DNA from: Alphaproteobacteria bacterium
GTDB taxonomy: Bacteria; Pseudomonadota; Alphaproteobacteria; Rs-D84
Direction: 5' to 3'
DNA: 64,000 nt
Assembly (NCBI GenBank): GCA_017409215.1
Contig: JAFQTD010000016.1
Span: forward strand, 5,128 to 69,127
Shown: positions 30,567 through 41,000 of the stretch, in pieces
Layout: each line of letters begins with the position of its first letter
How positions within the stretch are numbered: the stretch's first letter is position 1
Position numbers and translations under genes: made by a program
The notes under the pieces: model-generated
The model's database searches: none
The model's input: the letters and a program-made list of their open reading frames with translations, nothing else
What the model was told of the DNA's origin: nothing

Positions 30567-32699
30567 TCAACCCTTTTGACGAGTTTTTATCACTCTAAAT
30601 TTATTATTTTCAAACAAAATCTCACACATCTCGATATCTTCATACTTTTCTTTGGATATACAGGCCTTCAAATTACTCATTGCCGCACTATGCATAATAA
30701 TAGCAATATTTTTACAAGTACTTTCAAGCACAACTTTATTCAGGAAAGCCAACAAGCGTTTGTTTAACTGATTTATACTTTCTCCACCGGGGATTGGCAT
30801 ATTATGATATCTAAACGCGCGTTGCACAGGTTTTTCTTTCAGAAAATCCGAAAATTTCATCCCCTGATATACCCCCATATTTAATCCACGCAACTCCCTA
30901 TGAAAAGATAACGGCTTGCCTATCTGCTTATTGGCCAATACAGCCGTATTTTTTGCTCGTTCCAGATCAGAGGCATATATTTCTTCTATGTTATTTGCTA
31001 TAAAATATCTAGCAATTTCATTTATCTGTTCTAAACCTTTGGTTGTAAATTCTACGCCATAATCATCCATTTGACCTTTTACAAGTCCAGCAGCATTCCA
31101 TGTAGTTTCCCCGTGTCTATAAATATATATTTTCTTGGTGGCAGATTTTGTAGAACTTTCAGATAATTTCTTCATGGTCATAACCCTTTTAGTAAGCCGT
31201 CTCTCTACATCTAAGCCTGTTTCTTGAACAATCTCACTAATGCTATTAATATTATTGCCAGACAATCTGTTATAATGACTGATAGCTCTGTCTAATTCCT
31301 CTGTCGACAATCTATAATGTCCTAATTTTACCAACTCCAAAAAATCTCTAAATGTTGTAGCATCATGATCTTTTTTAAGCTCTTGATGTAAAATTGAATA
31401 CCCAGACTTTTTATAATTTCTTTTTAATTCATTTACACTTAAATCTAATGCTTTTTGCAATTCTAACGGCAATCTTGATAAAGCAAATTTGTTTACCCGA
31501 TTTTCTTTTATATAATCCTGCAATACTCTTATAGTATAATAAAGTCTAGTCTTTTCTTCTTCAAACAACAAGGTTCCAGCGTAATCGCGCACACTGACCG
31601 ATTTCATTAATGTCACACTATGTGGAGCAATCTCATTAATTATACCTTCTCTATATGCCGCACCCTTTTCGATAAACGACAGCGTCAAAGGATCGGCAAG
31701 AGTTTTCTTATAAACAGTATGATAATCATCTTCATATATATTTAAAAGATTATCTTGTACACGATTTTGCCAAGTACACACATTTCCATTATATTCAATA
31801 ATCCAGTCCAGCCCCCTCTTACCATTAGAATTAAAAGCTATAGACGGAAAATTTGACTGACTTTGCACAGTATCCTTATTATATACATCAATTGTTCGCG
31901 CAATAGAAGATTTATCATGCAAATTTGGGCGCAAATTAGAATCAAAAACCCTTGAACACCCAACTATAACCGAATAACCTGTATCAAAATTAATTTTGAA
32001 TTGTTTTGGCATTATCTTGACAACATTATTATCATCAGATTTATTTACCCCAACATAATCGATAGAAAATCCCGGCTTAAACTCTCTTAGATATTGCTCT
32101 AATGCCGTATCGCCGTCAAAAGTTTTCAATTGCAGCGTAAAATTTTTATTATCCTTGTATTTTGTTTCAAATATGTTCAACAAGTTAATCAAAGGATAAT
32201 GTTTTAGCTTTATACTGTGATCGTTACTAACACTTAATCGAATTGACAACCTGGTTGGCGTTTCCCTTTTGTTTAAAGCGTTTTCTAGATCTTGCAAATA
32301 ACTTAAAGCCTTCTTTCCATTATAAGCCCATATTCCACTAGTAACCAAAATAATTCTATCCGCTTTTATCTTTTCTATACTTTTTAGTATAGCCTCGCGC
32401 TCCAAAAACGGTTCTCCTCCACCAGATATTTGCAAATAACCAACATTTGCATTGTTTGCAAACTCTATAAATTTGTCAACCCCTTCCGATGAAAACTTAT
32501 CTTCTATCCCGCCAGATTTAGTAGGCGAAGGGCTTGAAAAGAAACAAAAAGGACACCCTACACCACAATAAGAAGTAAAGAACACACATATCAGAGATTT
32601 TCCCGCATACAAGGAATCATGAGTATTTATTAACGTCTTTTGTTCTAAAATACGTTCACGATAAAACTGTGGATTATCAAAAATATTTATCTCTGCCAT
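30567..32699 (-). CDS. Radical SAM domain fused to C-terminal histidine phosphatase
   Basis: CGVGCPFC (CxxxCxxC) and SGGGEPFL; C-terminal YIYRHGETTWN, SDLERA, PGGES, H. Confidence 0.85.
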   Translation of the reverse strand: MAEINIFDNPQFYRERILEQKTLINTHDSLYAGKSLICVFFTSYCGVGCPFCFFSSPSPTKSGGIEDKFSSEGVDKFIEFANNANVGYLQISGGGEPFLEREAILKSIEKIKADRIILVTSGIWAYNGKKALSYLQDLENALNKRETPTRLSIRLSVSNDHSIKLKHYPLINLLNIFETKYKDNKNFTLQLKTFDGDTALEQYLREFKPGFSIDYVGVNKSDDNNVVKIMPKQFKINFDTGYSVIVGCSRVFDSNLRPNLHDKSSIARTIDVYNKDTVQSQSNFPSIAFNSNGKRGLDWIIEYNGNVCTWQNRVQDNLLNIYEDDYHTVYKKTLADPLTLSFIEKGAAYREGIINEIAPHSVTLMKSVSVRDYAGTLLFEEEKTRLYYTIRVLQDYIKENRVNKFALSRLPLELQKALDLSVNELKRNYKKSGYSILHQELKKDHDATTFRDFLELVKLGHYRLSTEELDRAISHYNRLSGNNINSISEIVQETGLDVERRLTKRVMTMKKLSESSTKSATKKIYIYRHGETTWNAAGLVKGQMDDYGVEFTTKGLEQINEIARYFIANNIEEIYASDLERAKNTAVLANKQIGKPLSFHRELRGLNMGVYQGMKFSDFLKEKPVQRAFRYHNMPIPGGESINQLNKRLLAFLNKVVLESTCKNIAIIMHSAAMSNLKACISKEKYEDIEMCEILFENNKFRVIKTRQKG

Positions 32700-33649
32700 G
32701 TTATCCTACTTTGATAAGAATTATTTTTGAATTCTAAATCGATATAACGCTTCATGTACTCCAATATTTGCTCATCAGACAAGTGTAATTTTTCTTTCCA
32801 ATATGCTAGTGCTTTATTATATTGTCTAAAGTTCCACATAATAGCCTTACGATGAGAACGAACATTTTCAACGTTTTCATTTTGTAGGGTGGCAACAGCA
32901 ACCATTGTATCCGCCAATTTTATCTTTTCTATCGAATCTATTTCAAATACATCTGCCATACGACAACTTTGTAACGAATTATGATTCCCATATTTACACA
33001 TAGAAAAAACAATATTGCTCATTCCCATATCTACTGCAAGTTTGCGACCCTGTGTTTCCATCATTACAACCGCTGCAACAGCTAAAAATTCACTCGTTCC
33101 CGCTTTCCTTACAGCGATATTAAAATCCCTACCATATATCCCCTGTTCATCCAGACCGTACGAATGAACGTATCTAGAACTTTTTGAGTCCAGTTCTCTA
33201 TGAACTCGTTTATCTACATTTTTTATGGCCTCTAATAAATCTGTATCATTAGAACTGATTCTTATCGACAAATCTTCTGGCTTAATAGCTAAATAATTAG
33301 GATTCATCAAATAATCAAACGTATCATGTACAACTTCTTCCATACAAGGCAGACTCAAAGTTCCCATTCCTCTGAAACACGTTCCAAATTTGCTCCATTC
33401 TGTGTTTTGCAAATTCTTTCTGCCATGCAATCTAAAACAATCTTGAATCAAAACATGCCCCGATGGCGATATAGAATAATCGAGAACCTTATCTTTAAGA
33501 ACAGATATTTTAGAACCAATAAAATCAACGCTCTTATCAACTCTCGAGGTTATGTTTACTGGCTTTTCTTTAACATACCCCTTGGCACCAAAGCAATCAA
33601 GAAAACCTTCTTCCACAAAATCTAGAAAATCACTATATTTATTAGACAT
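32687..33649 (-). CDS. Alanyl-tRNA synthetase catalytic-domain paralog (no editing domain)
   Basis: FLDCFGAKGY, DKSVDF, QDCFR, TCFRGMGTLS, VDMGM and LADTM align by eye to AlaRS FLDFF.SKGH, DPTLLF, QRCVR, TFFEMLGNFS, VDTGMGLER and IADH. Confidence 0.7.
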   Translation of the reverse strand: MSNKYSDFLDFVEEGFLDCFGAKGYVKEKPVNITSRVDKSVDFIGSKISVLKDKVLDYSISPSGHVLIQDCFRLHGRKNLQNTEWSKFGTCFRGMGTLSLPCMEEVVHDTFDYLMNPNYLAIKPEDLSIRISSNDTDLLEAIKNVDKRVHRELDSKSSRYVHSYGLDEQGIYGRDFNIAVRKAGTSEFLAVAAVVMMETQGRKLAVDMGMSNIVFSMCKYGNHNSLQSCRMADVFEIDSIEKIKLADTMVAVATLQNENVENVRSHRKAIMWNFRQYNKALAYWKEKLHLSDEQILEYMKRYIDLEFKNNSYQSRITWQR

Positions 33650-33937
33650 GTCGCCCCCTGTTTAAATTTCAATTTGACGAACATATTATTAGACCACAAG
33701 GTACCAGCTATTTTGTTTTTGTCAATATATTTTTATAAAAACCCCACAAAAAACAGTAAATTATTTCGCACCAAGAGAAAAAACACTCGTTAAAACACCT
33801 ATTCAAATACAAAAAAACATATACTTCTCTTATTTTGTCTTATTTCCAACAAAAAACAAATTTATAAACGCATTTTACTTGCATCGTAGGTATATTTTGA
33901 CACAATTAGCATAACATAACTCATTTAGGATAAAAAC

Positions 33938-36900
33938 ATGCCAAAAAATAAAACAAACAGTATAAAAAAACCATATTTTATTACAGATAGCGAAAAATCT
34001 TTTAAACCAAATTCTAGAAGCATAATAGACCTAAACAAAGAAACAGAAGATCTATTAAATGCTTCTATATACTCTAATGCCATCAAAAAAGCCATTGAAA
34101 ACGCCCCTATCGACAACGGAACCTTTATCATAGGGATTTTCGGAGAATGGGGAATTGGCAAATCCACAATTATCAAAAATATTAAAGAAGAGCTAGAGTC
34201 GCAAGCTAAGCGAAAGAAATGCTATAAATTTATTATTTATGATGCATGGAAATTTGTAAAAGACAGTTTCAGAAGATCTTTTTTATTATACTTGGTTGAT
34301 GCTTTACTCTTGAACAAAACGCCTTATATGGAGAAAATCTACCAAAACAAAACCGAAGAAACTAATATAACTGTTAAATATAACTCAAAAAAATTCTGGT
34401 ATTTTACAGTTTTTCCTTGGATATTAAGTTTAGTTTCTATTGTTTGTATATGGGCATACGGGACGGGAAATGATACCTTAAAAATAATTTCAAGTATTAT
34501 ATTTCCTTTTATTTCATTGATTATAAATTCTCTCGGAAAAATTTTTGATGAATTAAAAACAACAAAACAAACGCCGGCAATATTCTCCGCTGAGCAGTTT
34601 ACAGAATGTTTTGCTGAAATATTGGCACAAAGCCTAAAAAAAACTAACTTTATAAAAAGAATTTGTAATTGGGTCAACGGCACTCCAACTTATGATAAAC
34701 TAATTATAGTAATAGACAATATTGACAGATGTAGTGCAGATACAACTTACGAACTCCTAAGTACCATCAAAACGTTTTTAATAAATCACGATAATCTAAT
34801 TTTAGTCATTCCGGTTGACGAAGTCGCCTTGTGCGAGCATTTACAATCCAGATTTGATAACAAACCAGATAGAGCAAAAGAATTTCTCCGCAAAATATTT
34901 AATTTAGAAGTTCGTATAAAGCCATTAGACAGCGTTGAATTATATGAATTTACTAACAAAATAAATCAAGACTATGATCTTGATTTCTCACCAGATGCCA
35001 TAGATATTATATCAAAAGAATATGCAACCAATCCAAGAAGGATCATTCAATTTTTTAATAACGCCCAAACCGAATGGGATATTGTCACACAAAGAATAAA
35101 AAACTTTTCCCCCAAAGACACAATATTAGCCAGAAATACGATGTGCAAATTACTGATTATTCGTGAAGAATGGCCATTTTACTATGAGCAAATAAGAAAA
35201 GATCCTAAAAAACTATTATCTGGTAAGTATACAAACAAACCAAATGAACAAAATAACCTTGCGCTAGATACATTTTTAAGGTCAACAGAATTCTATCCAA
35301 TACTAACAGATGAATTTAAATTGAACAGAATAATATCTAATAATAACATGTTTGATGCTTTGCCTATACAAACATTAGAAGACTTAAAGTCATTCGACAT
35401 TCCAAAACTTACCGCATTTATAAAAGCATCTAGTGAAAATGAAACAAAAACTTTCAAATATTTAGAAACGCAAATAAAAAATGCTATAAAACGTAATATT
35501 ACTGGTACCACAGCCACATTATTCAAATTTATATTGCAAATAAATAGAGCTATAGGCGGACTTTCAGAACAAAATAATATACGATTACAAACTATCCTAA
35601 ATGAACATGTTGGCCCCATCGTTTCTACCATACTAGAAAAAACACCAATAGAACACTTTGCTGACGAATTAATAGAATATATAAACGCACAAAATCAAAG
35701 TAAGCGCACATATTTATTCCACGAGATAATGAATAACTGTATTATTCCTACTATAAAAATCCCCCAAACATACGAAAAATACACCCCAACAAATACAGAT
35801 TTGCTATATGCAAAACTAATAACCAGTATCACAGACAAAAAATTATTCGATAAATATAAAAAACATTTCTGCCTATGGAAACAATATATATCAGACGACA
35901 TTGTCAATATTAACAACATAGCAGCAACAGACTTACAATACTTTATTACAAACGATTTTCAAGAAGAGCTCATAAACGGAATAAAATTGACCGAAAACGA
36001 CGAAACTACGCACTTAGATACTATAATACATTTACTAAACAACTATAGACAAAATAAATCATTGATACAAAACATCTTTAGCAAACTGAATACAATATAC
36101 CCAAACTATACTGTGGGTCAAAAAAGTAAAAGTATAAAGTTTCTTAAAAACGTATTAGAATTACTGAAAGTAATAAAACCGCAAAACATAGGTGACGAAC
36201 TTCATTCCTTAATAAAAAAACTCTTATATTCCAGAACATATGGACAAACCATCGTCACACACGAAACATATGCAGATAAAGACGAATATATAAAGATGAT
36301 AGACATTTTATGCAAACTACTTAATTTTTCATTGGACAATCGATCTTCATATAATGCACAAACCGAACTAAATACATTATTAATCTCCTATTTGGAGCGA
36401 CTTATAAATCGAAATATAGAATTGCAAACAGATTTACTTCACTCCATAAAAACAAATATTACAAACCCTCAAGCTTCTATATATAAGCTTGCTAATTTAA
36501 TATTTGGGAAAAAAATTTATAACAACGATTATTGCTCTATCATGAAAGACATTGTAGTATGGCACTATTCCAACCGAGACATAAACTCTCCAGAATATTG
36601 GTGTATTGCTGATAACGCATTAGCTACAGAAATACATAATTTGTTATCAGAACTAAAAACATCTAACACGACTCAAAAGACTTTGTTTCAAGATTTGATA
36701 GACTATTTAAGTAAAAAAAGAAAAAACTGCATCGATTCTGTACTACAAACAATAAACGACTGCGCTATTATTGCCAACTTACCATCCCAATCAAAGATAA
36801 TAGCAATGCAACACATATATACAAATTTGCACGAATACGAATCCAACACAATGATGTTAAAACTAGTGGCCCAAAACGCCGATGTTGAAACTATCAAAAA

Positions 36901-37030
36901 CTTAGTGGAAGGCATACTGTTAAAGAAAATGCTATCACCTGACACAAAAGAAATGGCATTAGAAATTTTTGATTCTATCCCAAAGAATAAGTCCACAAAA
37001 TATAGACGCAAAATAAATGCATTAAAATAA
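33938..37030 (+). CDS. KAP-family P-loop NTPase with two TM helices and a long C-terminal region
   Basis: GEWGIGKST; YDAWK; TM pair; IDNIDRC; FLRKIF; NPRRI. Confidence 0.88.
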   Translation: MPKNKTNSIKKPYFITDSEKSFKPNSRSIIDLNKETEDLLNASIYSNAIKKAIENAPIDNGTFIIGIFGEWGIGKSTIIKNIKEELESQAKRKKCYKFIIYDAWKFVKDSFRRSFLLYLVDALLLNKTPYMEKIYQNKTEETNITVKYNSKKFWYFTVFPWILSLVSIVCIWAYGTGNDTLKIISSIIFPFISLIINSLGKIFDELKTTKQTPAIFSAEQFTECFAEILAQSLKKTNFIKRICNWVNGTPTYDKLIIVIDNIDRCSADTTYELLSTIKTFLINHDNLILVIPVDEVALCEHLQSRFDNKPDRAKEFLRKIFNLEVRIKPLDSVELYEFTNKINQDYDLDFSPDAIDIISKEYATNPRRIIQFFNNAQTEWDIVTQRIKNFSPKDTILARNTMCKLLIIREEWPFYYEQIRKDPKKLLSGKYTNKPNEQNNLALDTFLRSTEFYPILTDEFKLNRIISNNNMFDALPIQTLEDLKSFDIPKLTAFIKASSENETKTFKYLETQIKNAIKRNITGTTATLFKFILQINRAIGGLSEQNNIRLQTILNEHVGPIVSTILEKTPIEHFADELIEYINAQNQSKRTYLFHEIMNNCIIPTIKIPQTYEKYTPTNTDLLYAKLITSITDKKLFDKYKKHFCLWKQYISDDIVNINNIAATDLQYFITNDFQEELINGIKLTENDETTHLDTIIHLLNNYRQNKSLIQNIFSKLNTIYPNYTVGQKSKSIKFLKNVLELLKVIKPQNIGDELHSLIKKLLYSRTYGQTIVTHETYADKDEYIKMIDILCKLLNFSLDNRSSYNAQTELNTLLISYLERLINRNIELQTDLLHSIKTNITNPQASIYKLANLIFGKKIYNNDYCSIMKDIVVWHYSNRDINSPEYWCIADNALATEIHNLLSELKTSNTTQKTLFQDLIDYLSKKRKNCIDSVLQTINDCAIIANLPSQSKIIAMQHIYTNLHEYESNTMMLKLVAQNADVETIKNLVEGILLKKMLSPDTKEMALEIFDSIPKNKSTKYRRKINALK

Positions 37031-37044
37031 AGAGTATAGCTGCA

Positions 37045-38025
37045 TTAATATTTACGGAATAAAAAGTTTTTATGTCCAGACAAGTACCATTGGAACAAAT
37101 GCTGGACATCTTCTGTGGTTAAGTCATACTTTGGTATCCAATTCGCAAACGGGAAATCCCGTGTCATAAAATCATCATACGCACGTCTGCGTGTCGACAA
37201 CAATGCCTGTAAATTTTTGAGTATACTTTTATCAATACCGCTGATATTTTCTGATTTAGACCGCCGTATATCACGCACCGTACTTTTAATCAATGGCATA
37301 TCGGCATAAATATCGCGATATGCCATATACCACATATCGCACTGATGTCGCATTCGGGCGCATAATTCCACAGATTTCTGCAACATCTCAACCGTTGGGC
37401 GTTCATACGCCCGAAGTTGTAAAGTCTGCTGATACACCATTTCACGCTGACCGTCCGATAAACCCATTGTATCCCAACCGGTCTCCACATCTACCCAGAA
37501 CTCAAATTCTGCAAAAACCGCACATCTAATACGTTCGGCCCACAACGACACTTCTTCCATGATATTAAAATACGCAATTGCTTCCAGCATGCCGACAGCA
37601 CCAATCGCACGAATACGACTAACCTGTTCCTGTTTCAAAACGCCCATATTTAATTTTAGTCTGTCACGTTTGTTCGCATAGTCGCGCGCAGCATCTGGTT
37701 CTATAAAGCCGTCCGCCAAGAACCTGTCCCAAAACATTTGAGCCAACTGCTTACCTTCAGCTTTATGCACCTCTTTTAATACAACCAATATATTTTTCAA
37801 ATCCCCCTTGGTTGCGCCATTTACCAGATTTTTAAACATAGCATCCATTTTGGTCATTTTTTGACCATCTTTGGTCTGAACAACTTCGTTCATCTCACGC
37901 AACAAAACATCACTATATCCCGTCTTAGGCTTTGGCGGTCGCCCCATCGGGTTTCCTGAACGTCCCTTTTGAAATTGTCCACTTTTTGGCGGTTTGCGGT
38001 ATCCAACTGTATAATCTTTATTCAT
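37045..38025 (-). CDS. DUF5681 (TerS-like) domain protein with C-terminal extension
   Basis: VGYRKPPKSGQFQKGRSGNPMGRP. Confidence 0.85.
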   Translation of the reverse strand: MNKDYTVGYRKPPKSGQFQKGRSGNPMGRPPKPKTGYSDVLLREMNEVVQTKDGQKMTKMDAMFKNLVNGATKGDLKNILVVLKEVHKAEGKQLAQMFWDRFLADGFIEPDAARDYANKRDRLKLNMGVLKQEQVSRIRAIGAVGMLEAIAYFNIMEEVSLWAERIRCAVFAEFEFWVDVETGWDTMGLSDGQREMVYQQTLQLRAYERPTVEMLQKSVELCARMRHQCDMWYMAYRDIYADMPLIKSTVRDIRRSKSENISGIDKSILKNLQALLSTRRRAYDDFMTRDFPFANWIPKYDLTTEDVQHLFQWYLSGHKNFLFRKY

Positions 38026-39322
38026 TTCTTGCCCCCATCAATAATTCATTATATGTACGTTCCAAACCCACATTCACCGCATTTTTACCCGTCAACTTTT
38101 GCCAGCGCAGTATTGCAACATCAACATACTTGGGTTCTATCTCAATCCCGCGACAAACGCGCCCAACCCGTTCACATGCCAATAAAGTGGTTCCTGAACC
38201 TAAGAATGAATCTAGCACCACATCACCACGGTTAGTCACATCCATAATCGCATCTGCAACCATCTGAACATTTTTCACCGTTGGATGCAGTTTCAAATCA
38301 TCACGATTTTCACCAAAACTGTTTACCCCCGGATAATCCCAAACATTTGTACGATAACGACCATTCGCCCCAAGTTCCACATTGTTGATATGTGGCGCAC
38401 GACCATTTTTATAAACAAATATCAGTTCATGCTTTGACCGATATAACGATCCCATACCCCCAGACGCCTTATTCCACACGCACAGATTCTTCATTTCTGT
38501 ATAAACATCATCACAGGCTGCTGTAATCTCTATAATATGTCGCCAATCCATGCACAAATAATGCAACGAACCATCAACAGACCAATCACGCAGATTTGTA
38601 AATGCCGTCCGCAGGAATTGTGTAAACTGCTCACGCGACATTTCGCCAGATGCCATCGCAAATTCATCATGATGTACACGTCCTGCACCACATACATGTC
38701 CATCAACAGGTACATTATATGGCGCATCTGCAAACACCATCTGGGCAAGAAGGCCATCAGACATCAGCTTTTCAAAACTTTCGCATTTTAATGCATCACC
38801 GCAATAAATCAAATGCTGGCCCAATCGCCACAAATCCCCAGGGCGCGAAACAATGTGTCCATTATCAACATCCGGCATATCATCGGCATGGTCATACTCC
38901 ATCAAGTCATCATTTTGTCCCTGAATCAAAACATCTAATTCGGCCGTTTCAAAACCAATAACATCCAGGTTAAAGTCCAAATCAGACAAATCTTTCAGTT
39001 CCAGCCCCAACAAATCCCTGTCCCAATCACCATTTATCGTCAGTTGATTGTCTGTTATACGATATGCGCGCTTTTGGGCATCTGTCAAATAATCAATCCG
39101 TACACATGGCACAGAATCCAAACCTAACTTTTTAGCCGCCAATAAACGCCCATGCCCCGTTAACAAGACATTATCTTCATCAACCAGCAACGGATTAGTA
39201 AAATCAAATTCAGTAATAGAATTTGCAATTTGACAAACGTGTTTATCGTTATGCAATCGCGCATTACGAGAATACGGTCTAATATCACATGGGTTTTGAT
39301 ATATAATTTTTAATTCTGTCAT
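38018..39322 (-). CDS. ParB-like domain plus N6/N4 DNA methyltransferase
   Basis: PY.RNAR.H; GHGRL.AA; DAPYN; HPTVKN; DSFLGSG. Confidence 0.9.
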   Translation of the reverse strand: MTELKIIYQNPCDIRPYSRNARLHNDKHVCQIANSITEFDFTNPLLVDEDNVLLTGHGRLLAAKKLGLDSVPCVRIDYLTDAQKRAYRITDNQLTINGDWDRDLLGLELKDLSDLDFNLDVIGFETAELDVLIQGQNDDLMEYDHADDMPDVDNGHIVSRPGDLWRLGQHLIYCGDALKCESFEKLMSDGLLAQMVFADAPYNVPVDGHVCGAGRVHHDEFAMASGEMSREQFTQFLRTAFTNLRDWSVDGSLHYLCMDWRHIIEITAACDDVYTEMKNLCVWNKASGGMGSLYRSKHELIFVYKNGRAPHINNVELGANGRYRTNVWDYPGVNSFGENRDDLKLHPTVKNVQMVADAIMDVTNRGDVVLDSFLGSGTTLLACERVGRVCRGIEIEPKYVDVAILRWQKLTGKNAVNVGLERTYNELLMGARNE

Positions 39323-39641
39323 ACATATTCCTTTCTTTATCAAACATATTCACCAGAAAGGAAGTACATAATATGTACGGAATAGCAAGGAAAGGCAAAA
39401 AATGCCTTGTACACATTATGACATCCTTTCCTTTACTTTCCGAAACCATCATACACAAAACACGCGAACAAAGCAAGAAAAACCGCAGTTTTCTGCGGCT
39501 TTGAAAAGAGAATCTCTTTTTTTATTTTTTATAGAAATATCACCCTGATAATTCCCTGTTTTTATAAAAGCGCCCCAAATAAAGCCGACATAAAAAATAT
39601 CTTCAACATAAATTTTTTTACTAATTTCTGCAGGGTAAAAC

Positions 39642-39670
39642 TTGAATAAGAACATATTCTATGATAGAAT
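39642..39670 (+). promoter_or_regulatory. Sigma70-type promoter of the structured leader
   Basis: TTGAAT-17bp-TAGAAT. Confidence 0.7.
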
Positions 39671-39850
39671 CGGTGCGATGCATGGGATCATCTTGCATTG
39701 GGGTGTAGTAACCCATTTACGAGCGTCTGCAGAGACGATAAAAACTCCAACCATATTTGGTTGGAGGGTTGTGAATATATTGAATAAGCAACACAATTCT
39801 CGTAAATTGTTACTAACCTCCAACCACCAATCCCATTTGGTGGTTTTTAA
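39671..39850 (+). ncRNA. Structured c4/CI-like antisense RNA plus attenuator leader (candidate)
   Basis: Multiple hairpins; TAGTAAC and ATTTACGAG are complementary to downstream CTCGTAAAT-T-GTTACTA; GGTTGGAGG/CCTCCAACC overlaps the terminator AACCACCAA..TTGGTGGTT-TTT. Confidence 0.65.
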
Positions 39851-39870
39851 CTGATACGGAGGATACGTAC

Positions 39871-40359
39871 ATGTCGCAATTTTTTATAAAAACATTCATT
39901 GCCTATGCGCTGGTTCTAATTCTTTCTGGATGCGGCATGGGGCCAGGATACGAATTAAAATATACTGATGGCGCATACAAATGCACCTATCAAGAAAACG
40001 TCAATTATTTGATAAATGATAAATACTTTGAAATATCTGACTATGAAAATGACAAAAATAAAGCACAATCTGCGTGCAAATCTATTCAGAAAAAATTAAA
40101 AAACAAGCATAGATGTCTGGATTATGTAGAAATTGATTCACTAAACAAACAGTCATACATCGGGATATTCTTTGCCAACCGCCTTTATCAACAATGTATC
40201 GCAAACGACAATGATGACTGCCTAAAATATTACCCTTTTGCAGACTGTATAGCTGCTAAATGCACATATAAATCACAAAAAATAAAATACCAAAAATACA
40301 AACAAGAAGATTGGATATCTGATGACGATTGGTCTGCTTGCACGCAACAACACCTATAA
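39871..40359 (+). CDS. Cys-rich lipoprotein
   Basis: Lipobox LSGC; GGAGG RBS. Confidence 0.75.
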   Translation: MSQFFIKTFIAYALVLILSGCGMGPGYELKYTDGAYKCTYQENVNYLINDKYFEISDYENDKNKAQSACKSIQKKLKNKHRCLDYVEIDSLNKQSYIGIFFANRLYQQCIANDNDDCLKYYPFADCIAAKCTYKSQKIKYQKYKQEDWISDDDWSACTQQHL

Positions 40360-40372
40360 CTAAAGGATTACT

Positions 40373-40973
40373 ATGACGCGTGGAATTATATATGTAATGT
40401 GGAATGAACTGTTCCCGGAACTTGTAAAAATAGGCATAACCAAAGGCAATTCATCAACAGATGTTGAAAAACGTCGCAGAGAATTATCTTGTGGTGAAAA
40501 CATGCCACAACCATTTGAAGCCAAGTTTGCAATTTGTGTTAACAATTACGAAAAAATAGAACGTATAATTCACAAGGGGTTAACGAAATTGCGTCACAAC
40601 CCACATCGGGAATTCTTTAAATTAAGTGTGGACGAAGCCATAAACCTGTTATCAGGCTATATAATCAGTGGCAGTGCCGTTGAAGTCCCAATCAAAAACT
40701 CTTTCAAATCCGATGAGAAAGCAGCAATCAAAAACATGCAAAAACAACGTGACAGCATATCGTTCCGTTCTTTAAATATACCAGTTGGCACAACATTAAC
40801 GTTTGCAAACGCAAAACACCTGACAGTTAAGACAGCCAATGACGGGCGTCGCATAATTTTACCAAATGGGAAAACCGCCACATTATCCATCGCCGCCAAA
40901 AGATTTCACATACCGTGGCAAAACCCTGTGGGAATTGTCGCTAGAAAAACAACGCACCAACATCGAAGCATAA
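40373..40973 (+). CDS. T5orf172/GIY-YIG domain protein, apparently frameshifted near 40900
   Basis: GIIYVM.N..FPELVKIGIT; E..IH..L...R.NP.REFF; an alternative frame gives FTYRGKTLWEL..* followed by a terminator. Confidence 0.7.
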
Positions 40974-41000
40974 TAAAACCGCCCAACTGGGCGGTTTGTT

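Noticed and set aside
32687-33649. Housekeeping alaS
   Set aside because: Only 320 aa, degenerate motif 3, no editing or C-Ala domains, and island-borne
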